DNA of 64,000 nucleotides from an uncultured Gammaproteobacteria bacterium (GTDB taxonomy: Bacteria > Patescibacteriota > Microgenomatia > Daviesbacterales > UBA10151), in NCBI GenBank assembly GCA_964387865.1, contig CAYLXC010000001.1, positions 50,597 through 114,596 of the forward strand, written 5' to 3'. Numbering within the stretch: position 1 is the stretch's first letter; each line of letters opens with the position of its first letter. The notes below the pieces were generated by a model. It saw nothing but the letters and a program-made list of their open reading frames with translations, was not told where the DNA came from and searched no databases. Positions 1-9,726 of this stretch are shown here, piece after piece. Made by a program: the position numbers and the translations under genes.

Positions 1-441
1 AAAAGAAGCAGCCAGTGTACTCAAAAGAGTCAAAGTTAGATATACCTTTTGGATGCTTTGAGGTTTTTGTCCCATTCATATATTCTATCAGGTATTCAAA
101 AACTTACCAGCCATGTATTCCAGTTTCTACGGACGGTCCTAAGAAAGCTTTCTGTAACATTCTAAACTAAGCATAAATTTTAGTGAGCTGAGCACTCCGG
201 TCTAGAACCTTTGTGTCACTATAGTCATTGTATCATTTCGAGGCTAAATGAGACAAATGAGACACTATAAAAAGGAATGTCTCATTTCCCAAGAAGTTAT
301 CCCATAGTTATTTATATAGTAAAAAATCCACAACTAATAAAATCTATTTCCCTACAAACCAACTCACCACTTAAACCCCAAATATAAAACCAAACTTAAG
401 TTATAGTTGAAATGCTGCTAGTCTTGAGATAGTATTTACGC

Positions 442-1470
442 ATGACAGAAGTTATAGTTAGCCCGCCACCAGTATTTGACTTTGAAAAAGCGTTGCTGGC
501 TAAAGAAACTACAGGAAAGGAAGGTTATAAAGACTTGCCTAATGTAAGAGCTGCTGGTAATTTGTGGTTATATAACAGCCCAGCTGAAAGATGGCCTGCT
601 GTTTTGAGAAAACTAGATGTTTTAAGACAAGCAGAAAAGTCTGTGTCTGGGCCGGATAACCCACTCCCGACAATCGGCTGGGAGGTAGAAATCCCCAGAA
701 AGCCATTCCAGACTTCCAGAGCTGGAATGTATGCATTATTCTTTGATTTTATGGGTTTACCACGGAATAAGAATCATACTTCCATCGTTCCTGGTGACAC
801 CCCATCTACCTCCCCATTCTTCTGGGAGTTTTCTACAGCACCTGCTTACAGTGCGGTAGTTGCTAACAGAACCTTATGTGAGTTAATAAAAGGTGGATTT
901 ATTCCTTATCTTGAGGGTCCTGCCACAGCCTTAGATAGGCGTAACCTGCTGGATGATAAACTGGTATCCTTACACATTAATCTGGGTATTCCTTCTTGGC
1001 TATTTAATAGACCTAGGGAGGGAGCTATTGATTCACAAGAAGATGCTGTACTTTTAGCATCTGGTTTTGAGTTTGCCTATACTTCACCTGAACGGTTTAC
1101 TCACCGTTCGCAAACTTCAGTGGTAGTTTCTAAGCCAGCGGAGCAAACAGCTAAAAACAATGACCCTCAAGCTTACAGATTAGAACTAAAAGCATTCGAA
1201 GTTGGAAGTGCTAATACCTATCGTCTAATGGAAGAAATACAGTTGGCTACAGCAGCTACCTTTAGTGCCATGGCTGATCGTGATCTTCCACTTACTACGG
1301 TTTGGCAGAAGACCAAAAGCAGAATCCAAGCAGTCTATAAGAAATATTATCTTGAACCCAATATGATAATTAATAGGACTGCAGCAGACAAAGTTAGAGA
1401 TGATGATGTTCAAAGGGACTTAAGACAAATTTTAACTGATGCTGCTCATCAAGTCAGGTTAGAGCTGTAA
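442..1470 (+). CDS. hypothetical protein (342 aa); lies in a block that looks GC-richer than the rest of the window
   Basis: Long ORF with no recognised motifs. Codon usage looks GC-richer than neighbouring housekeeping genes. No obvious SD. Confidence 0.45.
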   Translation: MTEVIVSPPPVFDFEKALLAKETTGKEGYKDLPNVRAAGNLWLYNSPAERWPAVLRKLDVLRQAEKSVSGPDNPLPTIGWEVEIPRKPFQTSRAGMYALFFDFMGLPRNKNHTSIVPGDTPSTSPFFWEFSTAPAYSAVVANRTLCELIKGGFIPYLEGPATALDRRNLLDDKLVSLHINLGIPSWLFNRPREGAIDSQEDAVLLASGFEFAYTSPERFTHRSQTSVVVSKPAEQTAKNNDPQAYRLELKAFEVGSANTYRLMEEIQLATAATFSAMADRDLPLTTVWQKTKSRIQAVYKKYYLEPNMIINRTAADKVRDDDVQRDLRQILTDAAHQVRLEL

Positions 1471-1500
1471 ACTTACTAGCCTGAAGTATAGAAAGACAAA

Positions 1501-1827
1501 ATGACTGAAATAGTTCCGAATAATCCTATTGAACTGCAACAAAGACTGGCTGCCTCAGGACTCGAAAACGCCCAGCTCCATAATCAAGTTGGTGAACAAG
1601 GTGATACCATTATTCAACTTAGAAGAACAATTCATGGAAAGGATGCCATTATTAAGACATTAAAAGATGTTCTTGGACATGATGAAGCTGTTGATCAACT
1701 CTCAGCAGCAAATGCCACTATTGTTGAAGCTGAGTTTGACACACATCATACTTTAAGCATGAGAGGTGTCTTTAGACAGATAATTAAATCCTACAGACAA
1801 CTTCGTATTACCACTGCGATAGAGTAA
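1501..1827 (+). CDS. hypothetical protein (108 aa)
   Basis: ORF co-oriented with and 30 nt after the previous one, with the same GC-richer composition. Confidence 0.35.
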   Translation: MTEIVPNNPIELQQRLAASGLENAQLHNQVGEQGDTIIQLRRTIHGKDAIIKTLKDVLGHDEAVDQLSAANATIVEAEFDTHHTLSMRGVFRQIIKSYRQLRITTAIE

Positions 1828-1901
1828 AAGATTATAATTGCAAAGAGCCCTATTTAGATGAAGTTACATTAATTAAATCACTTTTCCGCTATATTAATTT
1901 T

Positions 1902-2150
1902 ATGTATATGGCACATCCTCAGGTATTAAATTTTACTGAAGGTATCAGGCAGAGTATGGAAGATTACAGAAAAATTAGAGACCAAGTATTACTTCATCAA
2001 GATATAGATCCTGACACTAAACCAATGGATCTCAGGGATTATGCAAGGTATGCCCTAAAAGATGGAGGTATGGATCAAAAGAGACAACTTATACAGTTAT
2101 TTAACACCCAGCTGTACATAAAAGACAAAACTATAATCTCCAAAGCTTAA
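1902..2150 (+). CDS. hypothetical protein (82 aa)
   Basis: Co-oriented ORF in the same GC-richer block. Confidence 0.3.
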   Translation: MYMAHPQVLNFTEGIRQSMEDYRKIRDQVLLHQDIDPDTKPMDLRDYARYALKDGGMDQKRQLIQLFNTQLYIKDKTIISKA

Positions 2151-2280
2151 ACAAAGAATGTCCAAAGAGTAAGTTTCCTGAATAACAGGAGTGTGGTACG
2201 AATCTTTAATCAAAAATGTGGAGATTAGCAAGACCTATCAACCTATTCTAGAGACTACGGTCACAGGGTGTCCAATTGTG

Positions 2281-2351
2281 CTGCGGGACTAGGATTTGAA
2301 CCTAGATTAACGGATCCAGAGTCCGCTGTGCTACCGTTACACCATCCCGCA
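2281..2351 (-). tRNA. tRNA-Gln (anticodon CUG)
   Basis: Minus-strand read UGCGGGA-UG-GUGU/AACGGUAG/CACA... with anticodon stem GCGGA/UCCGU and loop CUCUGGA (anticodon CUG). T-arm CUAGG-UUCAAAU-CCUAG, 7-bp acceptor UGCGGGA/UCCCGCA, discriminator G. No encoded CCA, consistent with a cca gene in the window. Confidence 0.8.
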
Positions 2352-2387
2352 ATATATGAGAATTTTACCAAATTATGAATCGAGAAA

Positions 2388-2738
2388 CTAATGAGGAAAT
2401 TTTTTGAGGCCCCAGCCTATTACCACAACTGCAGCTGAAAAAAGACCCAATGAAAGGATAGGAAAACCTGTGTTTGGTAAAGTCTGGGCGCTGCCTTGCA
2501 TCCTTTGGGCAATCGTGTTAAATGCTGACTGAGAAGTCGGGGAAGGAGAAACAGTTGCTGTATCCTGCCCCAAAACAGAAGGAGAAGGTGAAAGAGAACC
2601 TTCAACAGATATTTCTTGAGGCTGCGTTTGAGTAGTACTATTTGTAAATAATCTTCCGCTAATTAAAAAATATCCAACAGCAACAGCTGCTAAAATTAAC
2701 CCGATAGTAACAAGCCTAATCCATCTTGGATCATCCAT
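2388..2738 (-). CDS. small Ser/Thr/Pro-rich surface protein with N-terminal signal/TM and C-terminal LPXTG-type sorting signal (LPNTG, hydrophobic stretch, KKFPH)
   Basis: The C-terminus reads ...QTLPNTGFPILSLGLFSAAVVVIGWGLKKFPH, the classical tripartite sortase substrate signal. An N-terminal hydrophobic segment is followed by a low-complexity S/T/P/Q region. Confidence 0.55.
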   Translation of the reverse strand: MDDPRWIRLVTIGLILAAVAVGYFLISGRLFTNSTTQTQPQEISVEGSLSPSPSVLGQDTATVSPSPTSQSAFNTIAQRMQGSAQTLPNTGFPILSLGLFSAAVVVIGWGLKKFPH

Positions 2739-2830
2739 GAGCGCAATTCTACCATGATCCTATAAGATATGCAATAGTTCCCTCACATCCAGACTTGACA
2801 TACTTCTGAAACTAGGTCTTACTGATTATA

Positions 2831-4486
2831 ATGGCCAAATTAAATCAAAGAGCTGCTGCCCATATTCTTCTTCTTGTAACAGCAATAGGCATTATTGCAT
2901 TAACTCTGGTTACTAATACATTCTCTTTTAAGGACAAACTATTCTCCCAGCTTTTTCCCAAATCTAAATCATTCGCATCACAATTGTATGAATCTACTCC
3001 TCTAAATGAATTATCCATGTACCCTAAAGCAAGTAATAATATTCAGTTATTTGCCTATTTTGGGGTAAATAAATTCCAACAAAACGTTCCTCAATTCGTC
3101 AAGGATTATCTGGCAAAAGAAATGGACTTTTTTTTATTTGATTTCCAACATGATTACCCCTGCATTGATAGTGGAAATTACGATTTTCCCTGTCCAAACA
3201 ATAATTATAATTTTTCAGGGCTTTGGAATTTAACAAGCGATCTTAAAGCGATTTTACCCAACAAATTAAAAGTTATTATTCATGGCTGCGAAGCATTTGG
3301 GAATCACCCCTGGTGCCCCTCTTTTCCAATACTTACTGATAATGACATTATGCACAACAAAGATAGTTCTATTAAAAGGTATATCTTAGGTTCAAGACTT
3401 TTTAATGTAAATAATCCCACAACCAGAGATAAGATTGCTTTGTATTGGAGAGATACATTTAATACAAAAAATGTAGATGGAGTTGTTTTTGATTCATTTA
3501 ATCCTGATCAGGCAGCCTCACTTGGCAGGGGGTCCTGTTTGGATGATACTTGCGACACCACTATTAATCCTGCGTCATTTATTACTGATCGGGCCGAATT
3601 CCAAAGCTGTTTGGAAGGACCTTGCGAAACTTATGATTTTTGGACAGAAAGGATGGGAGCATTTGGAAGGGAAACTATGAATTCCTCTCCTGGAAGAGAA
3701 GTTATATATAATGGTTTCTCACTGGATCCAAATTCAAAATACGGTCCTTACAACAGTAATTTTACGGATTACTTCACAGGAGCTTTAATTGAATATCCCC
3801 AGGAAATGATATTTAGCCCGGAAAAGTTTAAAAACTACTTGGACGCCATTAATTATATTCTGAACAAAGGCAAAAAATTATTCATTATTTTTCAGCCTCA
3901 GCTATCAAGCATCCCCTCATTAAATATCAATTTGAATTTGGAAAGATTTTTCCTTGCAACTTATCTTCTGCTTCAAAAGAATTCTTATACTTTTTTTAGC
4001 TACCATCCGGGAGAACCATATAGATTGGATTCTTCGGAATGGCTTTATTTTTATAAAGACTGGAATTTGGATTTTGGTACACCTTTAGATTTCTACAGAA
4101 GTGTAAACTCGCCTGATTTATATTACCGCCAATATAGCAATGGCTATGCAGTTGTTAACTCATCAGATTTTTCTGTAAACTTTCCGTTCCCGCCGGGTGA
4201 ATGGCGTGAGTGGGATCCTTATGATAGTTCAAAAGGTGTTAGCGGATCAACAGCAATACCACCTAAAACTGGAAAATTTTTCTTTGAAGCTTCCAAGTTC
4301 CCAACTCCTTCCCCTACTCCCCCACCCAAGATAGGCGATATAAATGGGGATGGGGCTGTAAATGTAGTGGATTTCTCGATTCTATTATCTAAATGGAATA
4401 CAGCAGATATAGGTGCTGATTTAAATGGAGACGGAATAGTTAATGTAGTTGATTTCTCAATCCTTTTATCTAATTGGGGGACATAG
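2831..4486 (+). CDS. secreted/membrane-anchored protein (551 aa) with a C-terminal tandem type-I dockerin module after a Pro/Thr linker; the central domain is possibly glycoside-hydrolase-like
   Basis: N-terminal signal-anchor (MAKLNQRAAAHILLLVTAIGIIALTLV), linker PTPSPTPPPK, and two dockerin repeats GDINGDGAVNVVDFSILLSKW / DLNGDGIVNVVDFSILLSNWGT (DxNxDGxVNxxD calcium-binding pattern). Confidence 0.7.
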   Translation: MAKLNQRAAAHILLLVTAIGIIALTLVTNTFSFKDKLFSQLFPKSKSFASQLYESTPLNELSMYPKASNNIQLFAYFGVNKFQQNVPQFVKDYLAKEMDFFLFDFQHDYPCIDSGNYDFPCPNNNYNFSGLWNLTSDLKAILPNKLKVIIHGCEAFGNHPWCPSFPILTDNDIMHNKDSSIKRYILGSRLFNVNNPTTRDKIALYWRDTFNTKNVDGVVFDSFNPDQAASLGRGSCLDDTCDTTINPASFITDRAEFQSCLEGPCETYDFWTERMGAFGRETMNSSPGREVIYNGFSLDPNSKYGPYNSNFTDYFTGALIEYPQEMIFSPEKFKNYLDAINYILNKGKKLFIIFQPQLSSIPSLNINLNLERFFLATYLLLQKNSYTFFSYHPGEPYRLDSSEWLYFYKDWNLDFGTPLDFYRSVNSPDLYYRQYSNGYAVVNSSDFSVNFPFPPGEWREWDPYDSSKGVSGSTAIPPKTGKFFFEASKFPTPSPTPPPKIGDINGDGAVNVVDFSILLSKWNTADIGADLNGDGIVNVVDFSILLSNWGT

Positions 4487-4528
4487 AAAGTTGACTTTAA
4501 TCCCAACTTAGCTGTTAATTAAACTAGA

Positions 4529-6316
4529 GTGAATAAATTAAATCAGGCAGGTGCTTCTCATATACTCATTCTTGTTGCTGTTGTAGGCTTTCTCTTTTTT
4601 CTACTAATATCCAACGCTTTCGACTTTAAAGATAAACTTTTTAGCAATTTATTCCCTAAACCTCCATCACATGCAGTTTCTCCATATAAAATCGGTGCCT
4701 ATTATTTTGGTATGTGGTCATCTACAGATACTGTACCGGATCATCTGGATAATGTTGAAAGAGTTTATGGAAGACGAGATCTGTGGGGAGGAGTAAAAGA
4801 CTTTTATGGTTTAGAGCCGGGAATCCCAAAAGATACCAGAGGCTGGACCGGAGATTTTTCTCATCTCAAACCGGAAATTGGATACTATGATTACAGTATT
4901 TCTGGTCCTACTATTCTAGAACAACAAATAATTCAGGCTAAACAAAACGGGTTAAGTTTTTTTAATTTTTACTGGTATTGGGATTCCACATATAAAAAAG
5001 AATTTCTTAGCAGTGGAATAAATTCTTTCTTGCAAGCAACCAATAAAAATCAGCTGCAGTTTATGATTTCAATTGCAGCTCATCCTTGGTGTAATGGCCC
5101 TACATGCCTATCAATACCTCTTCAGGATGGAGTGCAAACTACTCAAATTATTGTGGATAAATATTTCTCTCAACCAAATTATCTTAAAACTCAAAATGGA
5201 AGACCGATTATATTTATACTTGACTCACGAGGTATGTATGGAGGAACAATACAAGATACTCAAGACTATATTTCCCTTTTAAAACTAACTTCACAAAACA
5301 GATTAGGTGTTGAACCAATTGTGCTGATTTCCGTTGAAAATCCAGATGCCAGATCAATTACTAATACTGATGGATATTCTTGCGTAGCCACCTATATTCA
5401 ACCTTCTGGAGCACAATCATATCAATATTATCTTGATAATTTTACAAACCATTTTGCAACTTTCACTGATAAACCGCTCATGCCATGTTTTGTGAGTAAC
5501 TTTGATGAACGTCCAAGGCAAGATATATCAATAACAGATAGGAACCAAATACGATATTTTAGTGATTTTTCAGAAACACTTTTTAGGGATGGGGTTACTC
5601 GGGTTAAACAATACATGGATTCCCAAACAAATGAACTTAGTAAGATATTAACAATTTATGCATGGAATGAATGGCATGAAGGTGGAATAATAGAGCCTAA
5701 TGTGAGAGATAAAAATAAAAGGTTAAGCATAATAGCTGAAACATTTAGCTTAACAACAAACCCTATCGGTACTTTTGATCTTGCAAACTGCTCCTTAATA
5801 GAAGGCTGGACCTGTGATGCTGATGATTATAATGCTACGTTGAATGTTCACCTTTACAAGGATGGGCCCTATGGAAGTGGGATATTCATCGCATCAACAT
5901 CTGCAAATATTACAAGGGAGCCAGCTGTTGGAAGTTCTTGTGGAGGAAATCCCAATCATGGATTTTCTTATGTAACACCACCCTCACTAATGGATAGCCA
6001 GCCGCATACAATTTATGCATATGGTATAGATATCCCTTCCGGAACTAATTCCATTCTAAATGGTAATCCTAAAACTATTCAGTGTAATCCCACTCCCTCA
6101 CCTACCCCAACCCCAAGTCCTTCCCCATCTCCTACTCCTACCCCTACTCCACCTCCTAAGACTGGGGATATTAATGGAGATGGATCCGTAAATGTAGTTG
6201 ATTTCTCGATCCTTTTATCTAAATGGAACACATCAGATTCTGCATCTGATCTAAATGGAGATGGGATAGTTAATGTAGTAGATTTTTCTATACTTCTATC
6301 TAACTGGGGGACGTAA
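4529..6316 (+). CDS. paralogous secreted protein (595 aa) with the same N-terminal anchor and C-terminal dockerin module but a different central (putative carbohydrate-active) domain
   Basis: N-terminus MNKLNQAGASHILILVAVVGFLFFLL...DFKDKLFSNLFPK is near-identical in pattern to the upstream gene. Linker PTPSPTPTPSPSPSPTPTPTPPPK. Dockerin repeats GDINGDGSVNVVDFSILLSKW / DLNGDGIVNVVDFSILLSNWGT. The last ~170 nt of each gene are nearly identical at the DNA level. Confidence 0.7.
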   Translation: MNKLNQAGASHILILVAVVGFLFFLLISNAFDFKDKLFSNLFPKPPSHAVSPYKIGAYYFGMWSSTDTVPDHLDNVERVYGRRDLWGGVKDFYGLEPGIPKDTRGWTGDFSHLKPEIGYYDYSISGPTILEQQIIQAKQNGLSFFNFYWYWDSTYKKEFLSSGINSFLQATNKNQLQFMISIAAHPWCNGPTCLSIPLQDGVQTTQIIVDKYFSQPNYLKTQNGRPIIFILDSRGMYGGTIQDTQDYISLLKLTSQNRLGVEPIVLISVENPDARSITNTDGYSCVATYIQPSGAQSYQYYLDNFTNHFATFTDKPLMPCFVSNFDERPRQDISITDRNQIRYFSDFSETLFRDGVTRVKQYMDSQTNELSKILTIYAWNEWHEGGIIEPNVRDKNKRLSIIAETFSLTTNPIGTFDLANCSLIEGWTCDADDYNATLNVHLYKDGPYGSGIFIASTSANITREPAVGSSCGGNPNHGFSYVTPPSLMDSQPHTIYAYGIDIPSGTNSILNGNPKTIQCNPTPSPTPTPSPSPSPTPTPTPPPKTGDINGDGSVNVVDFSILLSKWNTSDSASDLNGDGIVNVVDFSILLSNWGT

Positions 6317-7652
6317 GAAATTTATGTGCTTCCTTAATCCTTTTTATACTTTCCTCCTCGCCTAAAATTTTCATGCATTCAAAAAGCGGTGGGGTTACAA
6401 TCTGGCCTGAGATTGCAACCCTAATTAGTTGAAACATATCAGATGCTGACAAACCTTCTTGACTAGCCAATTCCCTGAAAGTTTTTTCAAACACCTCTGC
6501 TTTCCATGGTTTTTCCATTCTTTCCAGCTCTTCCGCAACTCTTCCAATCTTTAATCTTAAATCTTTAATCCCTGCCTTGCCGGCAGGCAGGTTTAATCTA
6601 TTAAATACCTCTATTTCATATTCCGGCTTTTCCCATAAAAAATCTGTTAATGGCACAAAATCTGATAATTTCTTTATCCTCTCCTTTATTAAAGGTATAA
6701 CTTTTCCAATCTCTTCCTCTGTTGGATGATCCAAGGCTCCCCCTGAAATATTTTTTAAATATTCTAAAATTTGAGATTTAAGATTTGAGTTTTGAGATTT
6801 CCTTATGTATTCCCCATTTAACCACTCAAGTTTTGTTACATCAAAATACGCTGATGAAGCATTCACGTCTTTAAAATCAAAAAGTTTTATCATCTCCTCT
6901 ATTTCAAAAATTTCTTTCCCTTCAGGATGAGTCCAGCCTAAAAGTGCCAAAAAATTAAGTACAGCCTCTTTTAAATACCCATCATCCCTAAACTCTAGTG
7001 TGGATTTTGCCCCATGTCTTTTGGATAACTTAGCTCTGTCAGATCCAACCAAAACAGGCATATGGGCAAATTGCGGATGAATCCACTCAAAAGTATCATA
7101 AATCATCAAATGTTTCGGGGTTGAAGAAATAAACTCATTACCCCGGATTACATGAGTAATTTCCATTAAATGATCATCCACTACATTCGCAAAATTGTAA
7201 GTCGGATACCCGTCTGATTTTAGAATCACAAAATCTTCTTGGGTATTATTAGGAAAACTAATTTTTTTATCTCCTACCAAATCTTGCCAAACAGTTTCCC
7301 CTTCCTTCTTAACCTTAAACCTTATTGCTTTTCCGTCTTTATAAGCAAACCCTTTTTCTAAAAGCTCAAAAGCATATTTTTTATAAATATCCAGTCTTTC
7401 GGATTGAATATAGGGTGCATATGGACCACCGATATCAGGCCCTTCATCATACTCTAAACCTAACCATTTTAAAGTTTGATAAATTTGCTCAACACTTTCC
7501 GCAACAAATCTTTCCCTATCCGTATCCTCAAGCCTTAATATGAATTTCCCTCCCATTTTTTTTGCAAACACAAAATCAAATAGCGCTTGCCAGGCTGTTC
7601 CAATATGTGGTGCGCCTGTTGGGGATGGCGCAAGTCTAACCCTAACTTCCAT
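6300..7652 (-). CDS. gltX: glutamate--tRNA ligase
   Basis: Class I aaRS signatures: PSPTGAPHIG (HIGH) and KLSKR (KMSKS). Typical GluRS N-terminal catalytic-domain organisation. 450 aa. The 3' end overlaps the convergent dockerin gene by 17 nt. Confidence 0.9.
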   Translation of the reverse strand: MEVRVRLAPSPTGAPHIGTAWQALFDFVFAKKMGGKFILRLEDTDRERFVAESVEQIYQTLKWLGLEYDEGPDIGGPYAPYIQSERLDIYKKYAFELLEKGFAYKDGKAIRFKVKKEGETVWQDLVGDKKISFPNNTQEDFVILKSDGYPTYNFANVVDDHLMEITHVIRGNEFISSTPKHLMIYDTFEWIHPQFAHMPVLVGSDRAKLSKRHGAKSTLEFRDDGYLKEAVLNFLALLGWTHPEGKEIFEIEEMIKLFDFKDVNASSAYFDVTKLEWLNGEYIRKSQNSNLKSQILEYLKNISGGALDHPTEEEIGKVIPLIKERIKKLSDFVPLTDFLWEKPEYEIEVFNRLNLPAGKAGIKDLRLKIGRVAEELERMEKPWKAEVFEKTFRELASQEGLSASDMFQLIRVAISGQIVTPPLFECMKILGEEESIKRIKEAHKFLTSPS

Positions 7653-7681
7653 GCACTAATTATAACAGTTATAATTGTTAT

Positions 7682-8725
7682 ATGACCTTGACCCAAACTG
7701 CCGTTCTTACCAAACAATCCATAAAACTTACAATTATCGCCTTAATTGTAATTATATTAAGTTTTATTGGCTACAAAATCTGGTATGCATATTATCTTTC
7801 AACCCTTCCTCCTGTTGAAGAAAAGCCAGACACAAAATTTGGTAAATTACCGCCTCCTAATTTTCCAAAAATTGATGTTTCATCTTCAAACTTCTCATAT
7901 AATCTGGACACAACAACAGGCTCTTTACCAAAATTAGGAGATGAAGGTTTTGAAAAAATTATCAAAGTTTACTTTGTAATAAAACCTTTAGCAAGTTTAC
8001 TTTCTTCTGAAAGAAGCCAAACCCTTGCTCAAAAGTTTGGCATTTCTACCCCTCCACAAATTATATCTGAAACAAACTATGCTTTTAGAGAAGCAGGGAA
8101 AAATCTTAATGTGGACTTGGATAGCGGAAATTTTACTTATATAAATCTAATTAGCTCACCTCCTAATGAGCAGTTGGATGATGATAATAAACTTGTAAAA
8201 GACTTTGAAAATATTTTGGCAAACTTGGGAGTTTTGAAAAACGAGCTTAGAGAAGGACGAAGTAAAGTAACACTTTTAAAAAAAGAGGGGGCAAACTATA
8301 TTCCTACTACGCTAAGAACTGAAGCTACATCAGCCCAAATATCCCTTTGGCCTAAAGATTTGGATAAAAGATCAATTTTTACTTCGGATTTCAATAAATC
8401 TTTAGTTAATGCCCAAATTTTTGACTCTTCATCTAATTTGGATAATTATTTATCAATAAACTTTACTAATTGGCCAATTGAGAAAGAAGTTTTTGCAACT
8501 TACCCTACCAAAAGCCCGGAGGATGCTTTTAATGACTTAAAAGGAGGAAAAGGAGCAATTATTTTAAAACCTGCAAAAGGAGAGGTTTCCGTCACATCCA
8601 TCTATTTAGGATATTATCTTTCAGATACTTATACTCCCTACTTACACCCCATATATATTTTCGAAGGTCCCCAATTTGTAGCATATGTTTCAGCAGTAGA
8701 TTCTAATTTTGTTGAGGCCAAATAA
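7682..8725 (+). CDS. hypothetical membrane-anchored protein (347 aa)
   Basis: N-terminal TM helix (LTIIALIVIILSFIGYKIWYAYY) followed by a soluble domain. No recognised motif. Confidence 0.5.
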   Translation: MTLTQTAVLTKQSIKLTIIALIVIILSFIGYKIWYAYYLSTLPPVEEKPDTKFGKLPPPNFPKIDVSSSNFSYNLDTTTGSLPKLGDEGFEKIIKVYFVIKPLASLLSSERSQTLAQKFGISTPPQIISETNYAFREAGKNLNVDLDSGNFTYINLISSPPNEQLDDDNKLVKDFENILANLGVLKNELREGRSKVTLLKKEGANYIPTTLRTEATSAQISLWPKDLDKRSIFTSDFNKSLVNAQIFDSSSNLDNYLSINFTNWPIEKEVFATYPTKSPEDAFNDLKGGKGAIILKPAKGEVSVTSIYLGYYLSDTYTPYLHPIYIFEGPQFVAYVSAVDSNFVEAK

Positions 8726-8726
8726 A

Positions 8727-8798
8727 GTTGACGATTTGTGTAAAATTCCCAAAACACAAATTGTCATCCTGATCCGGCGAAGCCGGAGAAGGATCTAT
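8727..8798 (+). repeat. copy of compound stem-loop repeat family A (hairpin 'atttgtg...cacaaat' + 'ttgtcatcctga' + 'tccggcgaagccgga' + 'gaaggatct')
   Basis: Shares the 'caaattgtcatcctgatccggcgaagccggagaaggatct' core with the copies at 27846-27933, 59502-59590, 60962-61036 and 62524-62632. Lies between convergent genes. Confidence 0.7.
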
Positions 8799-9716
8799 TC
8801 AATTAGGCCATTGAAAATTCGCATATGTCCAATTTATAAGGCTCGTTGTTTCACCAAACCTGTCATCAGATCCTAAAACTATTAGCAAGACTTTATGTCC
8901 CCCTCTTTCAACCAGAGTAACCAAATTTTCCTTTGCCCCCTCAGTGTAGCCGGTTTTCACACCTAAAACTCCGCTAACTTGTGACAAAAGCTTATTTAAA
9001 TTTCTAAGCTGATGCTTATACTTTTTATCCAAAGAAACAATATCCGTATCTTTTGTTGAAAATATTCTTGAAAGTTGAGAATCCTTTAAGGCCTCTTGAG
9101 TAATTTTTGATAAATCCGAAGCAGATGAATAGTGATTGGGTGAATCAAAACCAGCCGGGTTTTCAAAATGTGTATTATTTAAATTTAACTCAATCGCTTT
9201 CTTATTCATGGCAGAAACAAAACCTAAGACTCCCCCGGGATAATTTTCGGAAATTGCGTACGCAGCATCATTTCCGGAATTTAGGAGCATTCCATAAAGA
9301 AGTGATCTGAAAGTCAAATCTTCCCCGCTAAAAAGACCTACCTTTGCACCGGGAATTTTTGCTCCATCATTTACAGTCAATACTGAGTTAGGCTGAAAAT
9401 ACCCGGATGCAACCAAAGCTGTCATAATCTTTGTGGTTGAGGCAATCGGCAAGGGAATAAATGCATCTTTTTGATATAAAATTGTATCTGTTTCCAAATC
9501 CTTAACCAAAATTGACCGTGAAGTAGAGAATGGAACTTCAATATTTTTACTTATTGGCGGAATATTATATTTTTGAACTCCGGCCACCTCAGAATTGTTT
9601 TGAGGGATTTGGGATGTAACGAAAACATCTTCTGCAAATGATAATCCTAAGGGTAGTAAAGCAACAACACAGATTGCGAAAATAATTAAAGCAGCGGAGA
9701 AAAAATAATACTTCAC
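8799..9716 (-). CDS. D-alanyl-D-alanine carboxypeptidase (peptidase S11, PBP5/6-like)
   Basis: STTKIMT (SxxK), LLNSGND (SxN) and KTGYT (KTG) motifs. N-terminal signal peptide/TM. Confidence 0.8.
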   Translation of the reverse strand: MKYYFFSAALIIFAICVVALLPLGLSFAEDVFVTSQIPQNNSEVAGVQKYNIPPISKNIEVPFSTSRSILVKDLETDTILYQKDAFIPLPIASTTKIMTALVASGYFQPNSVLTVNDGAKIPGAKVGLFSGEDLTFRSLLYGMLLNSGNDAAYAISENYPGGVLGFVSAMNKKAIELNLNNTHFENPAGFDSPNHYSSASDLSKITQEALKDSQLSRIFSTKDTDIVSLDKKYKHQLRNLNKLLSQVSGVLGVKTGYTEGAKENLVTLVERGGHKVLLIVLGSDDRFGETTSLINWTYANFQWPN

Positions 9717-9726
9717 TTTTTACTTT

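Noticed and set aside
4219-4506. 95-aa minus-strand ORF over the dockerin-coding 3' end of the first dockerin gene
   Set aside because: It is an antisense reading of the repetitive P/T-linker and dockerin-coding DNA. The same artefact pattern would occur in the paralogue. No independent support.
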